Shown here piece by piece: positions 10,245 through 22,345 of a stretch of 64,000 nt of DNA. Made by a program: the position numbers and the translations under genes. Position 1 is the first letter of the stretch, and each line of letters opens with the position of its first letter. The notes below the pieces were generated by a model that had not been told where the DNA came from, made no database searches, and was given only the letters and a program-made list of their open reading frames with translations. This DNA is from Azolla caroliniana. Taxonomy: Eukaryota; Plantae; Polypodiophyta. The stretch covers positions 6,076,001-6,140,000 of the forward strand of contig JBHGNT010000011.1 of assembly GCA_043228905.1 (NCBI GenBank), written 5' to 3'.

Positions 10245-11290
10245 TAACTAGCTAGCTATCCTAGTAGCTAATTAGCTATTCTAGTAGCTTATTAGCTATT
10301 CTAGTAGCTTATTAGATATTCTAGTAGCTTATTAGCTATCATGGTAGCTAATTAGTTGTCCTAGTAGCTAATTAGTTGTCCTAGTAGCTAATTAGCTGTC
10401 CTAGTAGCTAATTAGCTATCATGGTAGCTAATTAGCTATTCTATCATGGTAGCTAATTAGCTATTCTAGTAGCTAATTAGCTATCATGGTAGCTAATTAG
10501 CTGGTCTAGTAGCTAATTAGCTTTCCTAGTAACTAATTAGCTATCATGGTAGCTAATTAGCTGGTCTAGTAGCTAATTAGCTATCATGGTAGCTAATTAG
10601 CGGGTCTAGTAGCTAATTAGGTATCATGGTGGCTAATTAGTGGTCCTAGTAACTAATTAGCTATCATGGTAGCTAATTAGTTGGTCTAGTAGCTAATTAG
10701 CTATCATGGTAGTTAATTAGCTGGTCTAGTAGCTAATTAGCTATAATGGTGGCTAATTAGCTATCCTAACTAATTAGCTATCATGGTAGCAAATTAGCTG
10801 GTCTAGTAGCTAATTAGCTATCCTAGTAAGCTAATTAGGTATCATGGTAGCTAATTAGCTTTCCTAGTAGCTAATTAGCTGGTAATAACGAAATAGCTAA
10901 CTAGCTACCAATACAGCTAATTATCTGGTAGTACCTAAATTAGCTATTGAGAATAGCTAATTAGCTATCATGGTAGTAGCTATTGAGAGTAGCCAGTTAC
11001 CTATGTAGTAGCTATCCTAGTAGCTAACTAGCTATCATGGTAGCTAATTAGCTTTCCTAGTAGCTAATTAGCTGGTAATAACGAAATAGCTAACTAGCTA
11101 CCATGATAGCTAACTAGCTACCAATACAGCTAATTATCTGGTAGTACCTAAATTAGCTATTGAGAATAGCTAATTAGCTATCATGGTAGTAGCTATTGAG
11201 AGTAGCCAGTTACCTATGTAGTAGCTATCCTAGTAGCTAACTAAGGTAAATGTAACTGATAAGCTAATTAGCTTTTTTGCTAACTAAGCT
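10245..11290. repeat. Intronic ~20-bp minisatellite built on the palindrome TAGCTAATTAGCTA
   Basis: Dozens of degenerate units TAGCTAATTAGCTATC(CTAG/ATGG), with a higher-order duplication at ~10840-11240. Confidence 0.95.
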
Positions 11291-11341
11291 AATTAACTTT
11301 CCGTGTAGAGTCAAAACAAATGTTGAGATAAATGTAAATAC

Positions 11342-12091
11342 CTGAGGTACATCAAGAAGATGAATGGGATGCTCCTCGTATTGATTTCTTCCAACACGTT
11401 TCCTGCATAAATCCTTTTTATTGGGTGAAACCCTACTCTCATTAGTCCAAAACATTGTGATTACATCCTTGATTTCAAATGTTATGGGTGTCATTGGCTT
11501 ACATCTTGTAGTTAGCTTTAGTAGACTAGTTCCTTCACCCGAGGAAATTATAGGGTTCTTTGTATTGTACACTGTTTTTCTACTAACACCAATTACCTTA
11601 GATAGCTCACTGATGTTTATATCGTCAACATCACTATTAAGTAACATCATTAGACTAGACCTTTTTAAGACAAGATCATCTTCTGACCTGCTCATGGATA
11701 CGAAACTTTTACGAAGATTATTTACTAAAATAGATGATATGTTTGCATTAAGACCATCACAATCAACTAAGTCCTTTATCGATGGATCATTACATATTCC
11801 ATAAAGTACTACCTTCTTTTCTTCATTGTTGATGTGCTTGGTTTGAACATTGAAATAGTCTACAACCTTTCTCTCTATGATGGTAGTCGCATTACTTACA
11901 TTCTCAACTAAACTATCCTTACCTTTACTGAGTGTGGCTTTCGTATCTTTCAACAATTGACGATGTTTCCTTTTTTTTTCTGCCCAATAGTTTTGTATGG
12001 CTTGTTGTGTCCTGATAGCATCATCCCTATCCTTATGATCATTGAGGGGTAATTCTAAACACCCTTCTTCCCCTTCCATTTGGTTGGACAT
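11342..12091 (-). CDS. Transposase-like exon 1 (HTH plus SRVSPNKKD motif)
   Basis: HTH-like INISELSKVIGVSRKTVYN; FWTNESRVSPNKKD...HLL; CAG|GT donor at 11342/11341 is in frame with exon 2. Confidence 0.7.
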
Positions 12092-12425
12092 GTTAAAACC
12101 CTAAATTTCCAGAAAAAAAAACAAGTATTTAAGATGGCTATGGGCAACAACAATACACAAAAATATTCCACAATACACAAGATTAGACACAACAATACAC
12201 AAAATAATCAATAGACAGAAAAGTTATTGCAATCCAAGACCGAACAGTAGAGGAGTTCACTCCGTTAGATCGAACAGTTCAAGAGGTGATCCAAGACCGA
12301 CCAATGGCGACAACTGAGTGTAGAATGTTGCCGTTGGATGAGTGAACTCCGTCAAATTGAAATGTGGAAGCAATCCGGGACTGGACAGTAGCGGCAACTG
12401 AGTATAGAATGATGGCAATGGAGGA

Positions 12426-13245
12426 GAGAACCCCGTTAGATTGAACAGTTACCGATGATGCTTGGAACACACATAGAAGGCACCTGAGAGTAGAGTGGCA
12501 CAGAGAAGAGAACCTCATCAGATTGAACAGTTACCAATGATGCTTGGAACGCACAGTAGTGGCCCCTGAGTGTAGAGTGGCACAGAGAAGAGAACCCCGT
12601 CAGATTGAACAGCTCTTTGATGATGCTTGGAACGCACGGTAGTGGCCCTTGAGTGTAGAGTGGCAAAGAGAAGAGAACCCCGTCAGATTGAACAGCTCTT
12701 TGATGATGCTTGGAACGCACGGTAGCGGCCCCTGAGTGTAGAGTGGCACAGAGAAGAGAACCCCGTCAGATTGAACAGCTCTTTGATGATGCTTGGGACG
12801 CACAGTAGCGGCCCCTGAGTGTAGAGTGGCAAAGAGGAGAGAACCCCGTCAGATTGAACAGCTCTTTGATGATGCTTGGAACGCACGGTAGCGGCCCCTG
12901 AGTGTAGAGTGGCAAAGAGAAGAGAACCCCGTCAGATTGAACAGCTCTTTGATGATGCTTGGAACGCACGGTAGCGGCCCCTGAGTGTAGAGTGGCAAAG
13001 AGAAGAGAACCCCGTCAGATTGAACAACTCTTTGATGATGCTTGGAACGCACGGTAGTGGCCCCTGAGTGTAGAGTGGCACAGAGAAGAGAACCCCATCT
13101 GATTGAACAGCTCTTTGAGGATGCTTGGAATGCACAGTAGTGGCCCCTGAGTGTAGAGTGTCACAGAGAAGAGAACCCCGTCAGATTGAGCAGCTCTTTG
13201 ATGATGCTTGGAACGCACAGTAGCGGCCCCTCAGTGTAGAGTGGC
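12426..13245. repeat. 83-bp tandem array, ~10 copies (degenerate units back to ~12240)
   Basis: Unit GAGAACCCCGTCAGATTGAACAGCTCTTTGATGATGCTTGGAACGCAC...; the 83-nt period is also visible in the staggered ORFs. Confidence 0.97.
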
Positions 13246-13694
13246 AGCAGGTGGACTCGATAGGGTTTAGCAACAGTGGTAGCAACTAACCCACAGTACT
13301 TAACTAGAGATGGCCTACGTGATGTGGCAAAGGATCATGCATAATGGACCTAGGAATTCGATATATAATTTATGGTACACATTTATGGTGCACACATCAA
13401 TTTATGTTTTGCACATTTATGGCACTCATTTACATATGTAATTAAAACACTCTAGTATTTTCAATGGTAGTTTTTTGCATACTTAATTTATTAATGATGG
13501 CTTTTTACTAAAATGACTATTTATCAATGGTAGCTTTTTGCATAGCTAATTAGCTATGTCAAGGACATAGCTAATTGTTTCCACTCGCATGCTTTCACCC
13601 TTATATATAAAACATTATCAAATGTTATTTTAGTTACGTATTTATCTAATTGTAGACTTTTAATGTGAAGCTTTCGTACTTCACGACATCCACC

Positions 13695-13807
13695 CCCGCC
13701 TCCGAAAGACTCTGCACTATGTGGTTCGCATTCCAGACATTAAGGAACATGCGAATATGAGTTGCGGCGTCGGTTTCGCCATTAAAGCGGGAGTAGGCAA
13801 ATGCCAT
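13695..13807 (-). pseudogene. Truncated gag start of a Tat-like element
   Basis: MAFAYSRFNGETDAATHIRMFLNVW resembles a retrotransposon capsid start; lies downstream of LTR plus PBS. Confidence 0.55.
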
Positions 13808-14077
13808 GCTGGGGGCTATGGCGGTTCGGGAAAGACCACAGGGTGGATGTGGTGAGCGTAGTCCCCACCTCTCGTCGGGGTATTTGGAGAGCGAAGAATC
13901 ACCTTTGTAATCACGGCAGGTAGTGCTAAGGTTGCTGAGGCGAGGCTTTTGCCGTGCACGTTCTTCTGCCTGGCGTGTGACAGACCTTGTTATTGGCCGG
14001 TCTTGTGGTGCTGGTTCTCTGGGGCGTCTGCGGCTAAACATCCATTCGTCGTTGTTCGTCTGTGAGAAGACATAGAT

Positions 14078-14091
14078 CACCAAGCGTGCCA
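14078..14091 (-). promoter_or_regulatory. Degenerate tRNA-Arg primer binding site
   Basis: TGGCACGCTTGGTG versus recalled Arg(UCU) PBS TGGCACGCCCGGTG; 4 nt from the LTR end. Confidence 0.65.
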
Positions 14092-14095
14092 AAAG

Positions 14096-14533
14096 TGTTG
14101 CCAATTAGGAACACGGTCCGCGGTCAGTCCTTCGACCTAGACCTCCAATTGGTTGTGGAACAACGAATAGGCGTCAATGCGTAATGTGTAGGGGAATGTT
14201 CCCTGTAACCTATCAGCATATAAGGGAGATGGCTACAACCGACTCCTTATCAAGGGTTACACTTACGTTCTTCCACGCTCAGGTATTCTAAACACACAGT
14301 CGATTAGCCGTAACTATACACAGACTTTCAGAGAAGATGGAATTCTATTATGATACGTTTCTTTACATTCCCAAAATTACACGCTCCCTCTATCCGAGGT
14401 TTTCTGCCCTTTATATACGCAGGGTCTATCTAGCCGTTCTCGCTTCCTGCGTGAACCGTTACATGCGTTATGATCTTATATTATTTCTTATTCCTACGCT
14501 CTTGTCCGTCGGTTACTATTCCGGCGGACAACA
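14096..14533 (-). repeat. LTR (438 bp) flanked by PPT upstream and PBS downstream
   Basis: TGTTGTCC...GGCAACA on minus; TATATAAAG on minus at ~14415. Confidence 0.75.
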
Positions 14534-16674
14534 GCCCCACCAAACCGCACATCCACCGGTATGTGCCAAGAAGGGGAAAGAGGTGAGATTTTTGGCCATG
14601 GCGGTCAACCAAGTCCTTAGCGTCTTTGTCAGCTTTGCCCAACTTTGTCTTCCACTTAGAGCAAGCCCATCCGTTCCACATCGACCACCGTAGCCTCCCG
14701 GTCCTCCATATCCATCGTATGCTCTCGAACCGTCGGCTCCATTCAATCCACCATACTCGACGGAGTTCGCCGAACCACTGTCTCCGCCCGGTTCCCCAAA
14801 TCCAGTCTTTGCACACCTCTCTTTGTCTTCCTTCGTTTTCCGAATCCTCGTTCTTCCCGACTGTTTGCCGGATATTGCACCGCGTGCTCTTCGTCCACGC
14901 TTGTCTTGCCTCGACGCTTCCTCGACTCGGCACTGTCACGCACTGAACTTCGTCGTCGATCATCCTCGTGCTCGTCACTCGGCCCTTATGCGGCCACATC
15001 GCACGTCTCGCACTCCGCTCCACTCTGCGTACCCTTTCGAAAAGGTACGTTGCTTCTCCAACATCCGTGTTAGTGCTCTTGTCTTCGATGTCCTCCGCAA
15101 CCTCCGATGTTGCCGCTTTGCCCCGAGGTACACCCTCTTGGTCCGCCTCGTATGTCCTTCGGATGCGCTCCTGATCTCTCTGATTCCGCCCTTTACGTGT
15201 TGCGTATGTTCCTCCTTTGGTTTTATCGTCTCCGCATGCCGAACACCTCGGCGTGTCGACTCTTCCCGCTCCGCGCTTGCCTTCCGTAGGCTCTTCTCGT
15301 ACGCCGATGTTGTCCCCTGAATATGCGCTCATTCTTTGGCCCTTAGGCAACCCCATTCCGCGTTCCTTGTTTCTCCTTTGCCGGCCGGGCTCTCTCACCA
15401 TAGATTGTACCGTCATCCTGACCTCCGTGTCAGTGTCCCTCGAGGCTCTCGTTACCGCCTCGCCTCGACTTGCGCCCTCTTGGGCCGCTTGGCCTTGCTT
15501 GCCCTCCGGGAAGCCGCCACGTCTTCTCTTCCCGATGTGTACCCTGTTGTTCTCCGTGCACCATCCTTCTCTCTTGCCGCCCATCCGCCCATCCCGGCAT
15601 CTCACCGCTTCGTCTCTCGTCGCGCTTTTGCCTCTCAAAGGCTCGACCGGACCGCTATCACCGGTCACTCGTTGTGGCTCTTCTGAATACATGCTCGTTT
15701 CTTGGCCCTCGAGCAGTTGTAGAGCATGCTCCATTTTACACCGTAGTGCACACTTCGTATTACGCGCCTCACCCGCCGTAGACCCGACCTCCGCGTCGGT
15801 CTCTTCGTCCTTCGTTACCGTAGCCCCTTCCGACTCCGACTTGCCGTCTTGTCCGTGCTCGTCCATCTTCACGCACCGGGTACCCGTTCCAGTAGCCTCA
15901 TCCGTTCCGGTCTCCGACTCCTCGCCGCCACCCACCGTCTCTCCGGTCTTATGTCGATCCACAACCGCCGAAGTCTCTAGAATAGGCGGGGAGGGTCCCT
16001 CTTGCTCTCGGCCTCTCACCGATCCATACTCATCGTGCCTGGTTAGCCTCCTTCTCGCTCTCACCGGCTCCCATTGTAACTGTAACCGGTCGGTAAGGAG
16101 TCGATCAAACAATCCTAGTCTTGTCGGCTTCTTTCGGTTTGGGCCCGGTTGACCGGCCCTCGCTTCACTCTTCTTCCGCTTCGTCTTCCGGTCGAGTCGG
16201 TCCCAGACTCTCTCCTCTTTGCCGGTCCCTACCTCTCCATCGGTCCTCTTGTATATGCCCGTTCTGGGCCTCGCATCCTCATCTTCGTACGTGTTCGCTC
16301 CGGGCCACGCCTCCTCATGGCCACCGCCTTCTCTCTGGTCTTACGTTGGCATTCGAGCGCAACCGCCATAGTCTTCGGCCCCGATGTCGAGGGGTCTTGC
16401 CTCCATCCGCTACAATCTTCGTCGTCGTCTCGGTTGCCCGCCTTGCCGCCGCCACCGCCCGTCGCTCTAAGTCTCACGCCGGCACTCAGGCCGACTGCCG
16501 GAGGCTCTAGGACCGGTGCGGGTAAGGACCCGGCACCACCGCTCGTTGTGGTTGTAGCCGCTTCTGTCCGGACGTCGTTGTCCGCGGCTACCCCGCCTCC
16601 GATCGCGCAAGCCTCGATTATGCTTGCCACCGTCTCTTCCATGTCGTCGTCTCGGTTGCCCGCCTTGCCGCCGC
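14534..16674 (-). mobile_element. GC-rich retroelement 3' internal region with low-complexity ORFs (14481-16112, 16229-16642)
   Basis: Ends in the same hairpin plus PPT as 9111-9148; ORFs are R/E/G/T-rich with no recognisable domain; ~32-bp direct repeat at ~16423 and ~16643. Confidence 0.55.
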
Positions 16675-16793
16675 CTCGATAATGGAGGAGCCTTCGTGCG
16701 CGTCAAGTGTCTTGATAGTAAAAGATCTGTTCAATTCCTGACGGTGCGAGTTAATCATGAAAGGAACCGAGATAGCCTTGCAGGCGAATCCTC

Positions 16794-19700
16794 GGATTTT
16801 TAAAGCGGACTATTGAAGCATGGGGCACAAATAGTCCGAGCAATCATAAGTCCCCACAAGGAAGCAGAGTGTGTGGATTGCAAGGAGAAGCAACATGTGT
16901 CACACCTAGTGGCGCATGCAAACTAAAACTACTCAATAAGAAGGAAAAGTGTCAAATACAAGACTTCGAGGAGGTGCTGAAAGAAGAAAGCATAATCCAA
17001 GAAGAAGAATTCGTGTCATATATTCTCGAGGAAGCCTCATTTAACGACACCATCGGCGAAATCGAGGAAGTCGTGGACATGAGCTATCCTCACCATCAAC
17101 ATGTATACTATCATCTATGAATATCATCGAGGCATCTTGATAGAGGAAGCCGAAGTCAACACAAAATATAAAACCGTGGATAGGAAGATCAAGCTAGTTG
17201 TAGTTCCACTACCGGAAGATAGCTGGCAAAAGATGAAGGAAGTTGCAAAAGATCCAAGCTTAAGGAACCCAAATACAATTGGTCACGTCTTCACTGAAGA
17301 GATGAAGGGAAAGCTACGAGTTGGAAGGGAGGATTTCCTCCTCCCTAAAGAGGAGCGGATGTTTCGTGGAATGCTTGAAAGACATGGGAAGGCTTTCACG
17401 TTTTTCCCACAAGAAATCGGGTGTGCTAATCCAAGGACGGTAGAAATGATGGTGATCTTCACGGTGCCGCATGTGCCTTGGAATTTGAAACCAATACTGG
17501 TTCCGAGAGCACACCTATCGAAGTTGATCGAGCTCTTAAAGGAGAAGGTGAGGATGAGAATTCTAGAACCGTCGAATGCTCTTTATTCTAATCGATGGTT
17601 CATGGTGCCAAAGAAGAATGGATCGTTGCAATTCATTCAAGATCTTCAACCTATCAACAAGGTGACAATTCGGAATGTTGGAATCGGTCCGAGTGTGGAT
17701 GAATTTGCCAAGGCGTTTGCGGGCCGGTCCATCTACTCCATCAACGATCTCTACTCTGCTACGATCAATTCCAGTTGGCGGTAGACAGTCGTGACATTAC
17801 AACCATGAGAACTCCAATCGGGTTGGTGCGGATGTGTACCTTACCTCAAGGCATAACAAACTTAGTGGCTCATATGGTGAATGCCATGAACAAGGTCTTG
17901 AAGGATTGCATCCCAAATATCACGATGCCATTCTTAGATGATATCCTGATAAAAGGATGTTCGAATGAAGAGAAGGATGAATCAAAAGATAAGGATGGAT
18001 GTAGAAAGCTCGTCGTGGATCATATGAAAGATTGTGAGAAGGTGCTCAAAGGCTCGAAGATGCGAATTTGACATTTTCGGGAGAAAAATCCGCATTCGGG
18101 CAACCAGAGATCCTAGTGGTAGGTCACTTGTGTGGAGCATACGGTCGGAAGCCTTCGCCATCCAAGGTGAATGCAATCCAAGACATGAAAGAAGAATTTG
18201 TAACCCAAACGGAGGTTCGAAGGTTCCTTGGAGCATGCGCGTTTTATCATATTTGGATTCCACACTATGCCCATATTGTTGAGCCATTATATGGTCTACT
18301 AAAGAAGAAGCGGATGTTCGAATGGACGAGTGAGCATACAATCGCCATCCGAAGGCTGAAGAAATTATTGATGGAGGCACCTGCACTACGGAAAGCGGAC
18401 TATTCATATAGCAAGCCCATTTTCGTGACTATGGATACTAGTCCAATCGGAATTGGATGGGTTATCAACCAAGAAGATGAAGATTGCAACCGATATGCAA
18501 TTCGATTTGGCGCGAAAGTGTTAAGTGACAAGCAAAGAAGGTATGCCCAAGTGAAGAGGGAGCTATGGGAATCGTCTCGGCAATCAAATCTGATCGTGAT
18601 TACCTTATTGGAGCAGAAGTCATAATTGAGACAGATTGCCTACCAATTTTGGGTATGATATCTGGTTGTAATACACCGGATATTTCCATGTTGTGTTGGA
18701 TTGCATATATCAAATCACTCAACCCGGAGATCCGTCATGTAGCTCGGAAGTGTAATGTCGTTGGAGACATGCTATCACAAGCGAGATATGACGAAGAAGA
18801 AGATCAACATTCTAATGAAGATGATGTTGGCTTGGATTTCTTGGCAAGTTCCTTCGCTAGGGTGTTGACTACTTTCATAGAAGAGGACTAGGAAGGCGAA
18901 TTCGTGGAGATCGGGAAATACTTGAGTTCTCTCCAAAAAGATGAATCATGGTCGACGGAAGACTTCCATCGAATTCGGAGGCATGCAAAAAAGAAGAATG
19001 GGACTCTGTAAAGAATCAAGAGATGGATTCTTGTGAAGCGGAATAGGTGTGAACTGTGTGTGTATGTGTATGAGAGAGAGAGAGAGAGAGACACAAAGTA
19101 TACGCAAGGTTAAGTATATTAGCAAAGGATAAAGACTCAACATTATACAAGGTGGGAGGAGGGTGCTTTATGTAGTCACCCTCTCTCTTCATTAACTACA
19201 AGACTCATGGAGCATGGGGAATGTGAAAGCTCATAAGTTATGTGTCATAGAATATGATTCTATGACTCATACTAAATGCTAGAATACAAAGTGGTGACTT
19301 AATGGTGACTCTTGACCGTTGGAGTGTCTATTCACTCTCAAGGTGAGTTCACACACTAGACCAAGTTGAGCTTGATTCTCAACAAACTCCAATGAGAGTT
19401 GTCTGCAAGCTAGAAGACCAACAAAAACTAATGTCTGAATTTCATGATAGTGTTTTTGCAGGCCATCGAGGAATATGGGCTACGTTTGCGAAGCTTAAGG
19501 AGAAATATTGGTGGCCGAGCATTTACAAAGATGTAGCAACTTATGTGGAAACATGTAAGGAATGTCAAATGTTTTCGAATATTCGCCATCGAGATGGACT
19601 TCATCCAACTTACCCGTTGGCTATGCCTTACAAGTGGATGGTGGACATCGTGATGATGCCAATAGGGCGATGGCAGATGAAGTATCTTGTGCTCGCGAGA

Positions 19701-20553
19701 GAGGATCTTACCAATCAAGTTGAAGGGCGAGCATTAAGAACTAAGGAGACATCATCGGTATGTCGAATCCTTCTTGAAGATGTTATTTGCAGATATGGAT
19801 GCGTCGGCAAGATAGTGGCTAATAGAGGCGAGTTGGACGCCAATGAAGATAGAGAATTCTTCTCGAGGATGGTAATCAAATTATCTCTTATCATGGTGTA
19901 TAATCCAGAAGCAAATGGGAAGGTGGAATGGACCGATTGTGAAGGCTCTAGTGAAAGCTTGCCATGGGAAAATAGGAGAATGGCCGCGTCTATTGCCATT
20001 TGCACTATGGGCTGACAGGACCACTCATAGCACGATGATGGGATACATGCTGGCAGACCTCATATTTGGACAAAAGCCAATAATGCCTGTAGAACAAAAT
20101 ATTATTTCATGGTTTGCATTGCCATGGCAAGATGAGATAAGTAGAGAAGATCTTCTAGCATTGAGGATTCGACAATTAGAGCAGAATTTGGAAGATTTAG
20201 AGGTGGCTAAAGCACGGCTAAAGAATGCAAGGCTAAAGAACAAGAAAGACTTCGATAAACGACATTGACTTCGGCCGAGGAAAATTGTTGAAGGAGATTG
20301 GGTGCTAGTCTATGACAGTAGCCTAGATAACCAACATAGTACGACTCAAAAATTCTCACAACGATGGTTTGGGCCATATGTGGTGAAGAAAGTGGAAGAT
20401 AATGCAACATATCATTTAGTAGAACTGGATGGTACACCACTTGCCTTGCCAATTGCCGGTAAAAGAATCAGGATCTTCAAGAGAAGAGATAGAATAGAAA
20501 TTGGATTTGAAGCTTTTGACGATTTAGTCTTAAGCATCGATGACAAAGTATAG
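16794..20553 (+). pseudogene. pol: pol pseudogene with frameshifts, stops and a solo-LTR insertion
   Basis: FIQDLQP, MPFLDDI, ETDCLP, GHRG...CKECQ and FGPY lie in different frames. Confidence 0.92.
19007..19384. repeat. Solo LTR (378 bp) inserted in family-2 pol
   Basis: TGTAAAGAATCAAG...CTTGATTCTCAACA; TSD GACTC/AACTC; removal rejoins KKNGT-PMRVV. Confidence 0.85.
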
Positions 20554-20620
20554 TAAACAAAAGTGGAGCCTCACCAAAATTGGCACATACTGGTGGATGT
20601 GCAAGTTTGGTGGGGGCGAA

Positions 20621-21453
20621 TGTCGTGTGAATCTTCACACACTATGTAAAAAAATAATGAAATAATTATTATAGATTAGATTAGTAGCTTACTATAGAAA
20701 GATGGATATACTCAGGAGCTTCAAAACGTATTTTACTATATACAAAATAGAGAAATACATATCAAGTTATGTGAAAATGAAGTTTGAGAAGATAAGGAAA
20801 ATAGAACTATCCCACATAGATAGGAAACTTAAGGCCCTGGCTATATAAGCACCTTGAGCTCCCTCATTTTTCATTTGTGCTAAAAGCACTTTGGTCACTT
20901 TGTCTTGATGGATGATGGTGGCCAAGTTCCCAAAAATCGGAAACTGGCCGATAAGCAAATCCGGAAATCAGCCGATAAGCAAATCCGGAAACCGGCCGGC
21001 AAGCAAATTCGCAAATTGGCCGGCAAGCAAAACCAGAACCGGTTGCAAGCAAAACCAGAAACCGGCTAGTAAGAAAATCCAGAAACCGGTTGGTAAGCAA
21101 ATCCGGAAACCTGTCGGTAACCAAATGCGGAAACTGGCCGCAAGCAAAACCAGAAACCGGCCGGTAAGCAAAACCGGAATACAGAAATTGGCCGGTAAGC
21201 AAAACCGGAATACAGAAACTGGCCGGTAAGCAAAACCGAAAACCGGAACCGACAAGCAAACCGGAATCGGTCGGCAAGCAAAATCGGAACCGGAACCGGC
21301 AAGCAAATCGGCACCGGTCGGCAAGCAAAATCGGAACCGGAACCGGTCGGCAAGCAAAATCGGAATCGGAACCGGCCGGCAAGCAAAATGGAACCGACCG
21401 GCGAGGGATTCAGCGATCGGGCAAAACCGGCTACCAGACGAGGTTGGACAACA
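20621..21453 (+). repeat. 3' LTR of the family-2 element with CCGG-rich tandem repeats (~20930-21400)
   Basis: Starts TGTCGTG after the PPT; shares TCCCACATAGATAGGA with the LTR at 47381; right end (GACAACA) less certain. Confidence 0.7.
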
Positions 21454-22345
21454 TACCCATACGCCTCCAATAGAGCTCCCTCAAAGGACTCCCACGATTC
21501 GTGAGCTTCTCGGAGCTCCTTGACCTCTTCGTACCTTGATACGGCCGTCACTCGACAAAAAAAATCTAGCCTTGTTGCTTCGTCCACACCCCGCTCTGTC
21601 ATCTCGACATTGTAAGCTCTCAAAAAACTTGGGACCTCATTCTCATTGAACCGGCGGACTCGATCGACCACCCTTTCGACGTCGTGTTGAGCCGCATCTC
21701 GTTTCACCATCTTCCGTCCGGCTTCCATCACGATCTTTGCCATCATCTCCTCGAAGTCGAAGTCTTCTTCCATCTCCATGCTCCCTTTCCGCCCTTCACG
21801 TCGGGTTCACCAAATATGTCGTGTTGTAACGTGCGTGCGTGTAGAAGGAGCGGGACCACCAAGGTCTCGGACTAGGGAGTAGAGGAGAAAGAATAAGATA
21901 TGTTTTGGAAGCTTAGCTCAAGAGGAGAAGAAGAAAGAATAAGACCATGACATAGAAGGAGAGATCTGCTGAGGCAAGATGTTCAACAAGTTATATTAAA
22001 ACAAACGAATGATTACAACAATGGTGGCCGCATGGGCCGCACCAAACGACTATGAGAAAACCCTAACCGAGGATGAATAAGGAACCCTAAACGAAACCCT
22101 AACCCTAAAACGGTAAGAACTCTAGACTAAGTGGTATACCTTTCATACGCAAAATAAGCAACCCATTCATAAGTGACCCCTCCCTTCCTTTTATAGCCCA
22201 AGGAGGGAGGGACCTTACAATGTGGGATAAAATTTCCCCTCTTATTTCTATACACCATTTCCTAGTCTACGTGTGCACATGTTGCACACCACCGACTTGC
22301 CCATTCCACCCCAGTTTCCCCCTATGGACGAAAATCTTCACGACA
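21454..22345 (-). mobile_element. 5' end of a third Phygy-like element: LTR 21817-22345, Trp PBS 21795-21812, gag start 21779 to 21454
   Basis: LTR TGTCGTGAAGATTTTCG...CACGACA; same PBS as 3959; gag SWESFEGALLEAY resembles TWEAFEEALKTTF of copy A. Confidence 0.88.

Larger units (their letters stand above)
10032..13586 (-). mobile_element. DNA transposon, probably Sola2-like, 5' part; interrupted by gypsy copy A
   Basis: Spliced transposase-like CDS, candidate terminus 5'-GAGTGGAAAC at 13586, internal tandem arrays; family assignment from recalled motifs only. Confidence 0.55.
16675..21453 (+). mobile_element. Decayed, 5'-truncated Phygy-like gypsy (family 2): protease tail, RT, RH, INT, PPT, 3' LTR
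   Basis: SVQFLTV..NHERN tail and fragmented ORFs 17101-20553 homologous to pol of copy B; hairpin plus PPT at 20583-20620. Confidence 0.9.

Noticed and set aside
12279-13218. Series of 67-aa ORFs as a peptide gene cluster
   Set aside because: By-product of the 83-bp period; starts are mostly non-ATG.
12426-13245. CRISPR array
   Set aside because: Whole 83-bp units repeat with no unique spacers, no cas genes are present, and the context is eukaryotic.
20864-21453. Repetitive ORFs in both directions
   Set aside because: Translations of LTR tandem repeats.
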